A stretch of 37,729 bases of DNA, from the IMG/VR virus record IMGVR_UViG_3300005827_000050, positions 1-37,729 of that record; one strand, written 5' to 3'. The position numbers and the translations under genes were made by a program. Positions 26,600-33,235 of the stretch are shown here, in pieces. The notes beneath the pieces are model-generated. The model worked only from the letters and a program-made list of their open reading frames with translations, made no database searches and was not told the DNA's origin. The number at the start of each line of letters is the position of its first letter. The stretch's first letter is position 1. The DNA comes from a virus.

Positions 26600-26682
26600 T
26601 CGATTTCCACACCGTTTAATTTTAATATTGTGTAGCATATAGCTACTACACAAAAAAATAAGTACATATATTTTTCATTCAT
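26596..26682 (-). CDS. 28-aa hydrophobic micro-ORF
   Basis: MNEKYMYLFFCVVAICYTILKLNGVEIE. ATGA-coupled at both ends. Confidence 0.3.
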   Translation of the reverse strand: MNEKYMYLFFCVVAICYTILKLNGVEIE

Positions 26683-26858
26683 TTTACACCTCGCTTCATA
26701 TTTTTATAATCACGGTAAAAATTCCACCATTTAACTATCTCTATCCCGTTAGATGTTGCGAACTCTAACGCCGATACTGTGCCGATACTTTCCCATTGAT
26801 CGATCAGCCCGAACATTTTAAATTCGCATTGTGTGCTTGATTGGTAAGTTATGTTCAT
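26679..26858 (-). CDS. hypothetical 59-aa protein
   Basis: Hand translation: MNITYQSSTQCEFKMFGLIDQWESIGTVSALEFATSNGIEIVKWWNFYRDYKNMKRGVK. ATGA-coupled upstream. Confidence 0.45.
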   Translation of the reverse strand: MNITYQSSTQCEFKMFGLIDQWESIGTVSALEFATSNGIEIVKWWNFYRDYKNMKRGVK

Positions 26859-27019
26859 TTTATTTCCTCATAGAATTTTTTAATGGTTCCCTCATGGATA
26901 TGGTGTGATTGTTTTTTGCCATTTAGCTGATTACAAACCCAGTGACCATTACCTCCGTATTTTTTTATTACTTTGATAATTTTACTGCTTGTTTTACATT
27001 GAAAAGTTTTGCCTTTCAT
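26855..27019 (-). CDS. hypothetical small basic protein
   Basis: MKGKTFQCKTSSKIIKVIKKYGGNGHWVCNQ... An AAAGGGGA RBS lies before the ATG at 27019. The track's longer version (to 27229) overlaps the upstream gene by about 175 nt. Confidence 0.45.
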   Translation of the reverse strand: MKGKTFQCKTSSKIIKVIKKYGGNGHWVCNQLNGKKQSHHIHEGTIKKFYEEIK

Positions 27020-27053
27020 CCCATCCCCTTTAGTTGTTTTGATTATGAGGTTG

Positions 27054-27620
27054 TCATTTTTGCTCCTTATTGTCCAATATCCATTGACAAGATTTGAAGA
27101 TAGCTTCATGTTCGGTATCTGCATGAAATGTTTGATCGTATTTTTGATATGAGAAATTACGTTCAGCAACACAGTATGAAGAAGTAAAAATTCCCTTTGG
27201 TATATAAACACTTTGAAGTATAAAATCATGATTATTAAACGCCCACTCTTTACACTTATGCGCTAGTTCGTAGATGTTTATACCAATAGTTCTAGTTGTT
27301 GGTGTACATAAATCCACATCAACGTATAAAACATTATCAGAAAATTTTAAATTTCCTATTACTTTCAACCCTAAAACTTCACTCAATAATTCTTCACTAA
27401 TCATCTTATTTCCTTTATCGCACTGGGTATTAGTGCTGTTGTATTTGATCGATTCCCGATCTGTTTTATATCTCGATGAGCATACTTTTCCACGCTTTAC
27501 GTAAGTGCCTCGGATTTGTACTACCTTGTGAGGTACTCCTAGTTTTTTCAGCTTCTGCATTATGATACCGATTTGGACTGAATCGTAGCCTAATGCTATG
27601 ATGTGTGATGAGGTTATCAT
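27054..27620 (-). CDS. hypothetical protein (possibly two fused modules)
   Basis: 188 aa. There is an internal Met at MISEELLSEVLG. The C-terminal half (ELAHKCKEWA...TEHEAIFKSCQWIL) looks like a conserved small phage protein. Confidence 0.55.
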   Translation of the reverse strand: MITSSHIIALGYDSVQIGIIMQKLKKLGVPHKVVQIRGTYVKRGKVCSSRYKTDRESIKYNSTNTQCDKGNKMISEELLSEVLGLKVIGNLKFSDNVLYVDVDLCTPTTRTIGINIYELAHKCKEWAFNNHDFILQSVYIPKGIFTSSYCVAERNFSYQKYDQTFHADTEHEAIFKSCQWILDNKEQK

Positions 27621-27769
27621 TTTAATACATTCGCAACATAATAAGCTACTAGTGCATTATAAATCCGATGGTACGCTTCATTATTACGATAATTCGCTAT
27701 TGTGTTCCGGTGGAGACCGTAATAGTCTCCTAGTTTTTGGTCGGATGGTTTTTTTGTTTTGTTATTCAT
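27617..27769 (-). CDS. small HTH protein
   Basis: MNNKTKKPSDQKLGDYYGLHRNTIANYRNN... The ATG at 27769 is ATGA-coupled to the upstream micro-ORF. Confidence 0.5.
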   Translation of the reverse strand: MNNKTKKPSDQKLGDYYGLHRNTIANYRNNEAYHRIYNALVAYYVANVLK

Positions 27770-27861
27770 TTTAATATTTCTAAAATAATCCATAAAATAG
27801 CATAAACTAAAATGCACATTGGCAAAAATGCAATAAAAAAAACTTCTACACTTGTTTTCAT
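27766..27861 (-). CDS. 31-aa single-TM micro-ORF
   Basis: MKTSVEVFFIAFLPMCILVYAILWIILEILK. Confidence 0.3.
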   Translation of the reverse strand: MKTSVEVFFIAFLPMCILVYAILWIILEILK

Positions 27862-27886
27862 TTTGAACCTTTAAATATTATTTAAT

Positions 27887-27921
27887 AGTTGAACTGTCAA
27901 GTATAAGTTTACAGTTCAACT
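27887..27921. promoter_or_regulatory. perfect 11-bp inverted repeat / hairpin
   Basis: AGTTGAACTGT (27887-27897) pairs with ACAGTTCAACT (27911-27921), with a 13-nt loop. It begins directly after a stop codon (27922-27924). Confidence 0.6.
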
Positions 27922-28038
27922 TTATATCTGAATTAGTATTCTAAAAAATGAAATCCACTTTACTTGTCCATAATTTTTATAAAATAGCTTCCATGAAGTA
28001 GTATCATTTTTATGTTTTGTAAATATTCGTATTTTCAT
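27922..28038 (-). CDS. hypothetical 38-aa micro-ORF
   Basis: MKIRIFTKHKNDTTSWKLFYKNYGQVKWISFFRILIQI. TAATG-coupled to the upstream gene. Confidence 0.3.
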   Translation of the reverse strand: MKIRIFTKHKNDTTSWKLFYKNYGQVKWISFFRILIQI

Positions 28039-28253
28039 TAAAAAATCTCCTCATATAGTTTTTGAAATTTTGCTACACATTTATCTCTATACTCTGCTTT
28101 AGTTGCCCATCTAGCATTAGCGGAAGTCATATTTGATCTAGTACAATTAATTCCTATTTCTGCTCTTTTTTGAGCACATTTTAAACTATCTTTTTGGGCT
28201 TTAATTAACTCTGATAGTAGAGCTTTAAGCTCTACAAGTTTTTCGATGTTCAT
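28038..28253 (-). CDS. hypothetical protein
   Basis: 71-aa ORF, helical and charged. Confidence 0.5.
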   Translation of the reverse strand: MNIEKLVELKALLSELIKAQKDSLKCAQKRAEIGINCTRSNMTSANARWATKAEYRDKCVAKFQKLYEEIF

Positions 28254-28423
28254 TGTTGAACCTCAATACTAACCCATTTTTTACCTTTAATCATTTTTGA
28301 TTCATGCTGTTTGTCAAGCATAACAATTAACATTTGCTTTGCATTATCTGAGTCTAATCCTTTCTCAGTTCTAAAATCACAGCTTCCGTCTGTAAACTCA
28401 ACCATAAATCTAAACTCTTTCAT
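28250..28423 (-). CDS. hypothetical 57-aa protein
   Basis: Hand translation: MKEFRFMVEFTDGSCDFRTEKGLDSDNAKQMLIVMLDKQHESKMIKGKKWVSIEVQQ. ATGA-coupled downstream. Confidence 0.45.
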   Translation of the reverse strand: MKEFRFMVEFTDGSCDFRTEKGLDSDNAKQMLIVMLDKQHESKMIKGKKWVSIEVQQ

Positions 28424-28451
28424 CTTCTACACCTTTTTTTAAATATCCGTT

Positions 28452-28479
28452 ATTATAACACAAATATTATGCAATGTAA
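28452..28479 (-). promoter_or_regulatory. sigma70-like promoter (TTACAT, 16-nt spacer, TGtTATAAT)
   Basis: On the minus strand: -35 TTACAT (28479-28474), 16-nt spacer, extended -10 TGTTATAAT (-10 hexamer 28457-28452). Lies upstream of the gene starting at 28423. Confidence 0.5.
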
Positions 28480-28577
28480 AGTGTTTTGCATAAATATTTA
28501 ACTTTTTTGTATGCTTCCGATAAGCTCGGATACTTGGTTATTTATTTTATCGGTTTGTGGTGCTTCGAGTTGCACAA

Positions 28578-29564
28578 TCATAGCGTAAACCCTCCATCAT
28601 TAAAAAGTTTTTCTTCCGGTTCTTTCATTTCGTACTTTGTTTCTACTGCCATTGCGTTCCACCCTTTATAGCCTTGCGTTCGTCCATACTGATCTAGTGA
28701 AAGCTCGACTTTGAAAGTTCGCTCATCTTGTCGATTTTTTGTGCATCGAAGCAAACGCTTCTTTTCATCTTTTGGGTCAATGATATAAAACCACATCATA
28801 TCTGCATCGTACTTCTGATCTCCGCCATTTTTTAGAACCATTCTACTATCCTTAATCGCCTCATCACTCATTTGATTAATCAAGAAAATTATGATGTCTT
28901 TCTCTTGTGCTAACTTTGAAAGCTTAGAAGATATTAACGCCGTTTTTTGATGATCTTTACCATCCCCGTCCACTTCTATTTTCATTCTTGAATCAATAGC
29001 AAAGAATTTAATCCCATCTCGTGCGTATAGAGTTATCTCCATTACAAGCAATTCAAGCCCTCGTGAGTGTGAATCAATGATTAGGTTATCTTTCTGCACT
29101 TCTTCTTTTAGTTTGCGTTCTAACCTATGCCCTATTCGTTTTACGCCCATTTCAAAGTTAAAGAACACACATTTTGAGTATTTTGATATGTTTGCAAGGA
29201 TATCAAGAATTAGAGTTGTTTTGCCTGCACCGCTTTCCCCTGCAAACTGAATAAATGTTCCCGTCTCAATTCCCCCTGATATTCCCATACGTCTATCTTC
29301 ATCACTTGCCAATTCCATATCGATAGCGTGTATTCCAATTGCATATCGTGGAATGTGAGGAAGATTAGAAACAATCTCGATAAGGTTACGTGCTGATATT
29401 CCGTTTCTTTTTTCTTCTTGATCGATCATATCAAGCAGCAATAATTTTGATTGATATAACTCACGTTTCAATTTTATAACTGTATCGTGATCGTCTGCTC
29501 TCTCTGCATTTTGAATATGCAAAGTTAAATTGCGTGTCTTTGCTTGTAGTTCTTCAAATTTCAT
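28578..29564 (-). CDS. DnaB-like replicative helicase, C-terminal RecA-fold ATPase domain
   Basis: Walker A GESGAGKTT. The FNFEMG and IDS...LINQ layout matches the DnaB C-terminal domain. Confidence 0.8.
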   Translation of the reverse strand: MKFEELQAKTRNLTLHIQNAERADDHDTVIKLKRELYQSKLLLLDMIDQEEKRNGISARNLIEIVSNLPHIPRYAIGIHAIDMELASDEDRRMGISGGIETGTFIQFAGESGAGKTTLILDILANISKYSKCVFFNFEMGVKRIGHRLERKLKEEVQKDNLIIDSHSRGLELLVMEITLYARDGIKFFAIDSRMKIEVDGDGKDHQKTALISSKLSKLAQEKDIIIFLINQMSDEAIKDSRMVLKNGGDQKYDADMMWFYIIDPKDEKKRLLRCTKNRQDERTFKVELSLDQYGRTQGYKGWNAMAVETKYEMKEPEEKLFNDGGFTL

Positions 29565-29889
29565 AAACAGCCTTTCTTTTTTTAGCTTGTAGCATTACGA
29601 GATACGTTTTCACAAATTCATATCCTCCCGCCGTCTGTGTTGTTATTTCTAACCACTTTGATACATTCATAGTGTTTTTCTTTACCATTGCTTCACGCAC
29701 CGTTATCTCGTCGATTATAAAGTGTTTAGCGTTTAACTCTTTTATCGTTTGTAAAACTTGCTTATGAAACGAATCGCTGAATAAACTTTCATCAAAATTG
29801 AAGTCGGTAACTTTTAACTCTTTGCCATCACATCGAGAATGAAAAGCCCAAAGCAGTGATGATAATATGGATTGTTCTATTGCTATCAT
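29554..29889 (-). CDS. DnaB N-terminal-domain-like protein (separate polypeptide)
   Basis: IEQSILSSLLW...FSDSFHKQVLQTIKEL...IDEITVREAM resembles the DnaB N-terminal domain. The ATG at 29889 is ATGA-coupled upstream. Overlaps the ATPase gene by 11 nt. Confidence 0.6.
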   Translation of the reverse strand: MIAIEQSILSSLLWAFHSRCDGKELKVTDFNFDESLFSDSFHKQVLQTIKELNAKHFIIDEITVREAMVKKNTMNVSKWLEITTQTAGGYEFVKTYLVMLQAKKRKAVYEI

Positions 29890-30533
29890 CCTACCGTCCA
29901 TTCTTTAGGTTTATTATCACCTAACTCTTTTTTTACCCATTCAAGCTTGATACTCTGCCACTCTTTGTTTTCCATTAGCTCTATAAGGTCATGTAATGAG
30001 TATCCATCCTCTAAACAAACTTTTAACGAGTCAAGATACAATTTTATTGCTTTTATTGTTTTAACAGGCTTTCTGATTGTTTTACGGTATGCAATGAATT
30101 TGTTAATGGTTTCTAATGCTCTATCATTTGGAGTTCCGTATGCTCTTGAAAATTCAGAGATAAGCGAAGCGTATGTATTAATTGTTTTATTAGTCTGTAT
30201 ATTATCTTTAGTCTCTTGCTGTTTTAGTAAGGGGGTCTTACTATTTTGATAAGGGGGTATTACTAAATTAGTAAGGGTTACTATTCTAGTATGGTTGCGT
30301 GAACCGTTCTCTATTTGTATATCAATATAACCCATTTCTTTTAGGTCATTTAGGTTTCTTGATACATTCTCTTTAGTGATACCTATCAATTCTGCAAAGT
30401 GATTATTTGAGGCAAAGCACCCACTATCTAAACTACAAAGCTGCTCTATTTCAGCAAGCATAAACTTCTGTGATTGGTTTAGATTTTTATCGTGCATAAT
30501 CTCGATAGAGACTGTAATGAACTTAGTAGCCAT
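29886..30533 (-). CDS. replication initiator-like winged-helix protein
   Basis: The N-terminal HTH/wHTH (FAELIGITKENVSRNLNDLKEMGYI) resembles phage O/DnaD-type initiators. The gene contains iterons and precedes the helicase genes. Confidence 0.65.
   Translation of the reverse strand: MATKFITVSIEIMHDKNLNQSQKFMLAEIEQLCSLDSGCFASNNHFAELIGITKENVSRNLNDLKEMGYIDIQIENGSRNHTRIVTLTNLVIPPYQNSKTPLLKQQETKDNIQTNKTINTYASLISEFSRAYGTPNDRALETINKFIAYRKTIRKPVKTIKAIKLYLDSLKVCLEDGYSLHDLIELMENKEWQSIKLEWVKKELGDNKPKEWTVG
30226..30282. repeat. three phased palindromic iterons (candidate ori)
   Basis: AGTAAGGGGGTCTTACT (30226-30242), GATAAGGGGGTATTACT (30248-30264) and AGTAAGGGTTACT (30270-30282). Their starts are exactly 22 bp apart. 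Confidence 0.65.
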
Positions 30534-30590
30534 TTGTATCCTTTAGATACGACCGATTTTAAATTAAGTGATTGATTTATATAAAAGTAG

Positions 30591-30653
30591 GCTTGGTCGA
30601 GGTCTTACTTCTTCAAAACACTTTAAACATCACCGAGCGAACGCCTCGACCAA
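30591..30653. repeat. 11-bp perfect inverted repeat in the leader of the replication operon
   Basis: CTTGGTCGAGG (30591-30601) pairs with CCTCGACCAAG (30643-30653). Confidence 0.6.
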
Positions 30654-30734
30654 GATTTGTACTCGATGATTTTTAAAATGTTTTTGGCACCCACCGACTC
30701 AGCCGATAGGTGATAATATTATAGCGTTTTTTTA

Positions 30735-30971
30735 TTAAATTACCTCAATGAAGTATTTTTTATATCTTGCCCCGGATGGAGCTTCGACAAAGTAGTCTTT
30801 GATTTTATGCCCTGCTTTGCGTAGTTCACTTATGCGGCTGCGAAAACTCGTTCCGTATCCGTAGTGCAGTCCGTCAAGTTCGCTAAGGTGTAATCCCTTG
30901 CTAAGAAGGGAAAGTATCTTTTGCGACATTGTTTGCGTATGATCGTTGCTTAGTGCGTGTTGGTCTTTCAT
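30735..30971 (-). CDS. winged-helix DNA-binding protein (HTH_39-like)
   Basis: SFRSRISELRKAGHKI matches the R-x-x-RI-x-ELR-x-x-G-x-x-I signature. Confidence 0.6.
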   Translation of the reverse strand: MKDQHALSNDHTQTMSQKILSLLSKGLHLSELDGLHYGYGTSFRSRISELRKAGHKIKDYFVEAPSGARYKKYFIEVI

Positions 30972-31237
30972 TGTTGAGCCTTTAAACTATGATCTACGCA
31001 TCCAAAATCAAACCGTGTATGTCTTTTAAGTAGCGAGCAATACTTAGATTTATAATCACCAGATGGGATTAGGTAGTGATCGCACGTTTCACACGTCTTA
31101 GGTGCTTGTAGTGCTTTGAGTTCTGATATAGCATCTATAACCTCATAGCCACTAATTGAAAGTCTTTCCATTGGATTGGAAATTGACATATTAGCCAAAT
31201 CGCGTTGTAATATATCTAACGCTTTTAACTTTTTCAT
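30968..31237 (-). CDS. Cys-rich small protein; paralog of 1593..2006
   Basis: MKKLKALDIL...ISELKAL...CETC...YC...FDFGC parallels the 137-aa protein. Confidence 0.6.
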   Translation of the reverse strand: MKKLKALDILQRDLANMSISNPMERLSISGYEVIDAISELKALQAPKTCETCDHYLIPSGDYKSKYCSLLKRHTRFDFGCVDHSLKAQQ

Positions 31238-31545
31238 TTGATTGCCTCCAGTGTTTTATCAAGCTCATTCCACTCTACCGATTTGGGAGTATCATTGCGT
31301 ACTGATTGAATGAACTCTATAGCTATGGTTAGCTTGGATTTGAGGGAGTCAATTTGTTCTTGCATTTTTTCAAGCTCTTCCTCATATCGATCAACCTCAT
31401 CTTGCGTCATAAGTTCTTTGAAAATGTCATTGTCAAAAATCTGAGCCATACTTCTGAATAATGCTTGTTTTTCGCTTTCTTCCATCAAACCATAAGAGTG
31501 ATTCCATGTACCACACATTGAATGGATTATTCGTTCCCGTGTCAT
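31234..31545 (-). CDS. hypothetical coiled-coil protein
   Basis: 103-aa ORF, ATGA-coupled to its neighbours. Confidence 0.55.
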   Translation of the reverse strand: MTRERIIHSMCGTWNHSYGLMEESEKQALFRSMAQIFDNDIFKELMTQDEVDRYEEELEKMQEQIDSLKSKLTIAIEFIQSVRNDTPKSVEWNELDKTLEAIK

Positions 31546-31736
31546 TGCTTTTTACCTCGCTTTAATGCTTTACGATCTCGTTTTAGTTTAGCTTTTAAAA
31601 GAGCTTGGTTACGCTCTTCGTCGGTTTGTTTTGGCTTGTTGCTTGGGATATTTCTTGGAGGGTATGATTGATTACCATTAAATACAGTAGCAAGGGCTAT
31701 CCCCATCATTGCGGTTAAAAACATTTTACCTTTCAT
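31542..31736 (-). CDS. small protein with N-terminal signal/TM segment and Lys/Arg-rich tail
   Basis: MKGKMFLTAMMGIALATVF... followed by KAKLKRDRKALKRGKKQ. Confidence 0.5.
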   Translation of the reverse strand: MKGKMFLTAMMGIALATVFNGNQSYPPRNIPSNKPKQTDEERNQALLKAKLKRDRKALKRGKKQ

Positions 31737-31894
31737 TGGTTATCCTTTTTAGCTTCTAAAAACTTTAATATAACAGGACGTGAAAATTTATACTTTCTCA
31801 TCAGCATACTAATAGAAGCACCATATTTAAAATCCAAAAGAATGTTTTCAGACTGTTCTTCAAGTCTTTTTTGAGTTGAATTAATTTTTTCCAT
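31733..31894 (-). CDS. 53-aa HTH-like protein, first gene of the leftward early operon
   Basis: Hand translation: MEKINSTQKRLEEQSENILLDFKYGASISMLMRKYKFSRPVILKFLEAKKDNQ. AAGGTG RBS upstream. Below the track cutoff. Confidence 0.5.
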   Translation of the reverse strand: MEKINSTQKRLEEQSENILLDFKYGASISMLMRKYKFSRPVILKFLEAKKDNQ

Positions 31895-32113
31895 ATCAAA
31901 TAGTACACCTTTTAACCTTAAAGTAAAATATAAACTTATTTATCATTTTGTTAAATCTTTTTACATTTTTAAAGAAATTATTAAGAAACTTATGCTATCA
32001 TGCTCGTATCGGTTTAGAAATAGATAGGGTTAATTGACTTACATATCGCACTCAGACTTTGCGATCAAACATTAATAAAACTGGTGAGAGGGTTTTGTTG
32101 AAAATCTTTAGCA

Positions 32114-32413
32114 TGGAGCGCATATCGTAGTAATACGTGGTTACAAATATACAGCCTTGTTGCGTATCAAATGGTGCTAATGGAATACGAAACGGTACCC
32201 ATATATGCGTTCCACCATAAAGATTTACATGAAGTGCTATCAAGTGGAGTGTTCTAGTAAGCGCACTGGAAATTAAACTTAAAGTGCAAGGCGAGTTCGT
32301 AATGCGTCAGTAATATACAATGATAGGTATATAAATGGGTAGCACTTCACCGAAATCTTTACATACTGCCCCCCATAGAAGAAATTAAAAGTAGAGTTTT
32401 TGCAAGGGGTAGT
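32114..32413 (+). ncRNA. candidate structured noncoding RNA (three stem-loop domains) upstream of the tRNA
   Basis: Helices: 32114-32125 with 32203-32214 (12 bp, one G.U); 32230-32241 with 32338-32349 (12 bp, one G.U); 32365-32372 with 32406-32413 (8 bp, one G.U). Internal hairpin 32126-32137 has a GUAA loop. Strand is assumed from the adjacent tRNA. Confidence 0.45.
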
Positions 32414-32423
32414 TATAGAGCTT

Positions 32424-32499
32424 ATATGCCTATGTCTCAAGGTGACGAGTTAGACTCCAAATCTGACTGTGATAGGTTCGATTCCTATGGTATATGCCA
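32424..32499 (+). tRNA. tRNA-Trp (anticodon CCA), CCA end encoded
   Basis: Manual cloverleaf. Acceptor 32424-32430 with 32489-32495. D stem TGTC/GACG with GG in the loop. Anticodon stem TTAGA/TCTGA with loop CTCCAAA. 5-nt variable loop. T arm ATAGG-TTCGATT-CCTAT. Discriminator G plus CCA. Total 76 nt. The A-U rich acceptor and short D loop are atypical. Confidence 0.75.
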
Positions 32500-32586
32500 T
32501 TAGTTTTTACTAAATCATCTTTAGAGGTGGTTTTAAATGACTGAAAAAACACTCAACTAAGTTAAATAAAAAAGGTGGATGAAACA

Positions 32587-32790
32587 ATGAAAGCAAAAAT
32601 CGAAGTAATTATTAAGCACACATACAGCGTGGAAATTGAGATTTCCGATTATTCAGAAGATGAAACAGTAGAGGGGCAGGCGGCATGGCTATTGAAAATC
32701 AATGGAGATAGTAAAGCATTGTATGGGATTTGTAAAGAAGAAGTTGACCCATATACAGCAATGGAATCGTCAATCAAGGTTATCAAATGA
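32587..32790 (+). CDS. hypothetical acidic early protein
   Basis: ATG 11 nt after AAGGTGG. The track start at 32575 is GTG. Confidence 0.5.
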   Translation: MKAKIEVIIKHTYSVEIEISDYSEDETVEGQAAWLLKINGDSKALYGICKEEVDPYTAMESSIKVIK

Positions 32791-32858
32791 AAAAAATTAA
32801 GCACTTCCTACTTCGTCAAGAGGTAAAGTTTGGGCGATTAGCTGAAAGGTTGTTTTAA

Positions 32859-33014
32859 ATGAGCGAAACATCAATAAACGCTACCAAAGCACTGCTCCAA
32901 ATATCACTCGAACAAAACAGATCAGCAATAGAAAGAGCGCACTTACTTTCTGTGACTAATGGTGCGATTAAGTGCTTGAATGGATTTACGCAAAAATTGA
33001 GAGGCTTGAAATGA
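32859..33014 (+). CDS. hypothetical 51-aa protein
   Basis: Hand translation: MSETSINATKALLQISLEQNRSAIERAHLLSVTNGAIKCLNGFTQKLRGLK. ATGA-coupled downstream. Confidence 0.4.
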   Translation: MSETSINATKALLQISLEQNRSAIERAHLLSVTNGAIKCLNGFTQKLRGLK

Positions 33015-33235
33015 TACGAATATTTGAACCAAACTACGGAGCCGATGCGGACGATCTGCGTGGTATCCCTATGACGTTTTACGACTTAGAACCATGCGAC
33101 ACACCCGAAATCATCCGACAACTCAAAGAAGAGATTGAAAGCGGAAACGAAGATGATGTTATCGTCGTAAGCTTGGAATGTCAAGAGACTGGCGATATGA
33201 TTGATTTTGATATTATTGTAAAGGATTTTTTATGA
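33011..33235 (+). CDS. small highly acidic protein
   Basis: MIRIFEPNYGADADD... 74 aa with about 20 Asp/Glu and 5 Lys/Arg by my count. The ATG at 33011 is ATGA-coupled upstream. Confidence 0.55.
   Translation: MIRIFEPNYGADADDLRGIPMTFYDLEPCDTPEIIRQLKEEIESGNEDDVIVVSLECQETGDMIDFDIIVKDFL

Noticed and set aside
26855-27229. 124-aa version of the ORF given by the track
   Set aside because: Its first roughly 58 codons overlap the 3' end of the 188-aa gene in another frame. A shorter version starting at 27019 has a good RBS, so I annotated that instead. The true start remains uncertain.
30226-30282. G-rich repeats read as a CRISPR-like or tandem-repeat array
   Set aside because: There are only three copies, they are 22-bp phased, each is palindromic, and they lie inside a replication initiator gene. 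This is iteron behaviour, not a repeat-spacer architecture. No CRISPR array is present anywhere in the window.
31797-31804. CTGATGAG (hammerhead core-like) on the minus strand
   Set aside because: It lies inside the coding sequence of the 53-aa HTH gene (…SMLMRK…). No matching GAAA or stem elements on the same strand were found nearby.
32052-32243. 63-aa minus-strand ORF in the divergent control region
   Set aside because: No RBS and no coupling to any operon. It coincides with the helix-rich candidate ncRNA region. I treat it as spurious, but ribosome profiling could overturn this.
32424-32499. tRNA-like sequence read as an attP fragment of an integrating prophage
   Set aside because: A full cloverleaf with anticodon loop and encoded CCA is present, not just a 3' half. 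No integrase or excisionase gene is recognisable anywhere in the genome.
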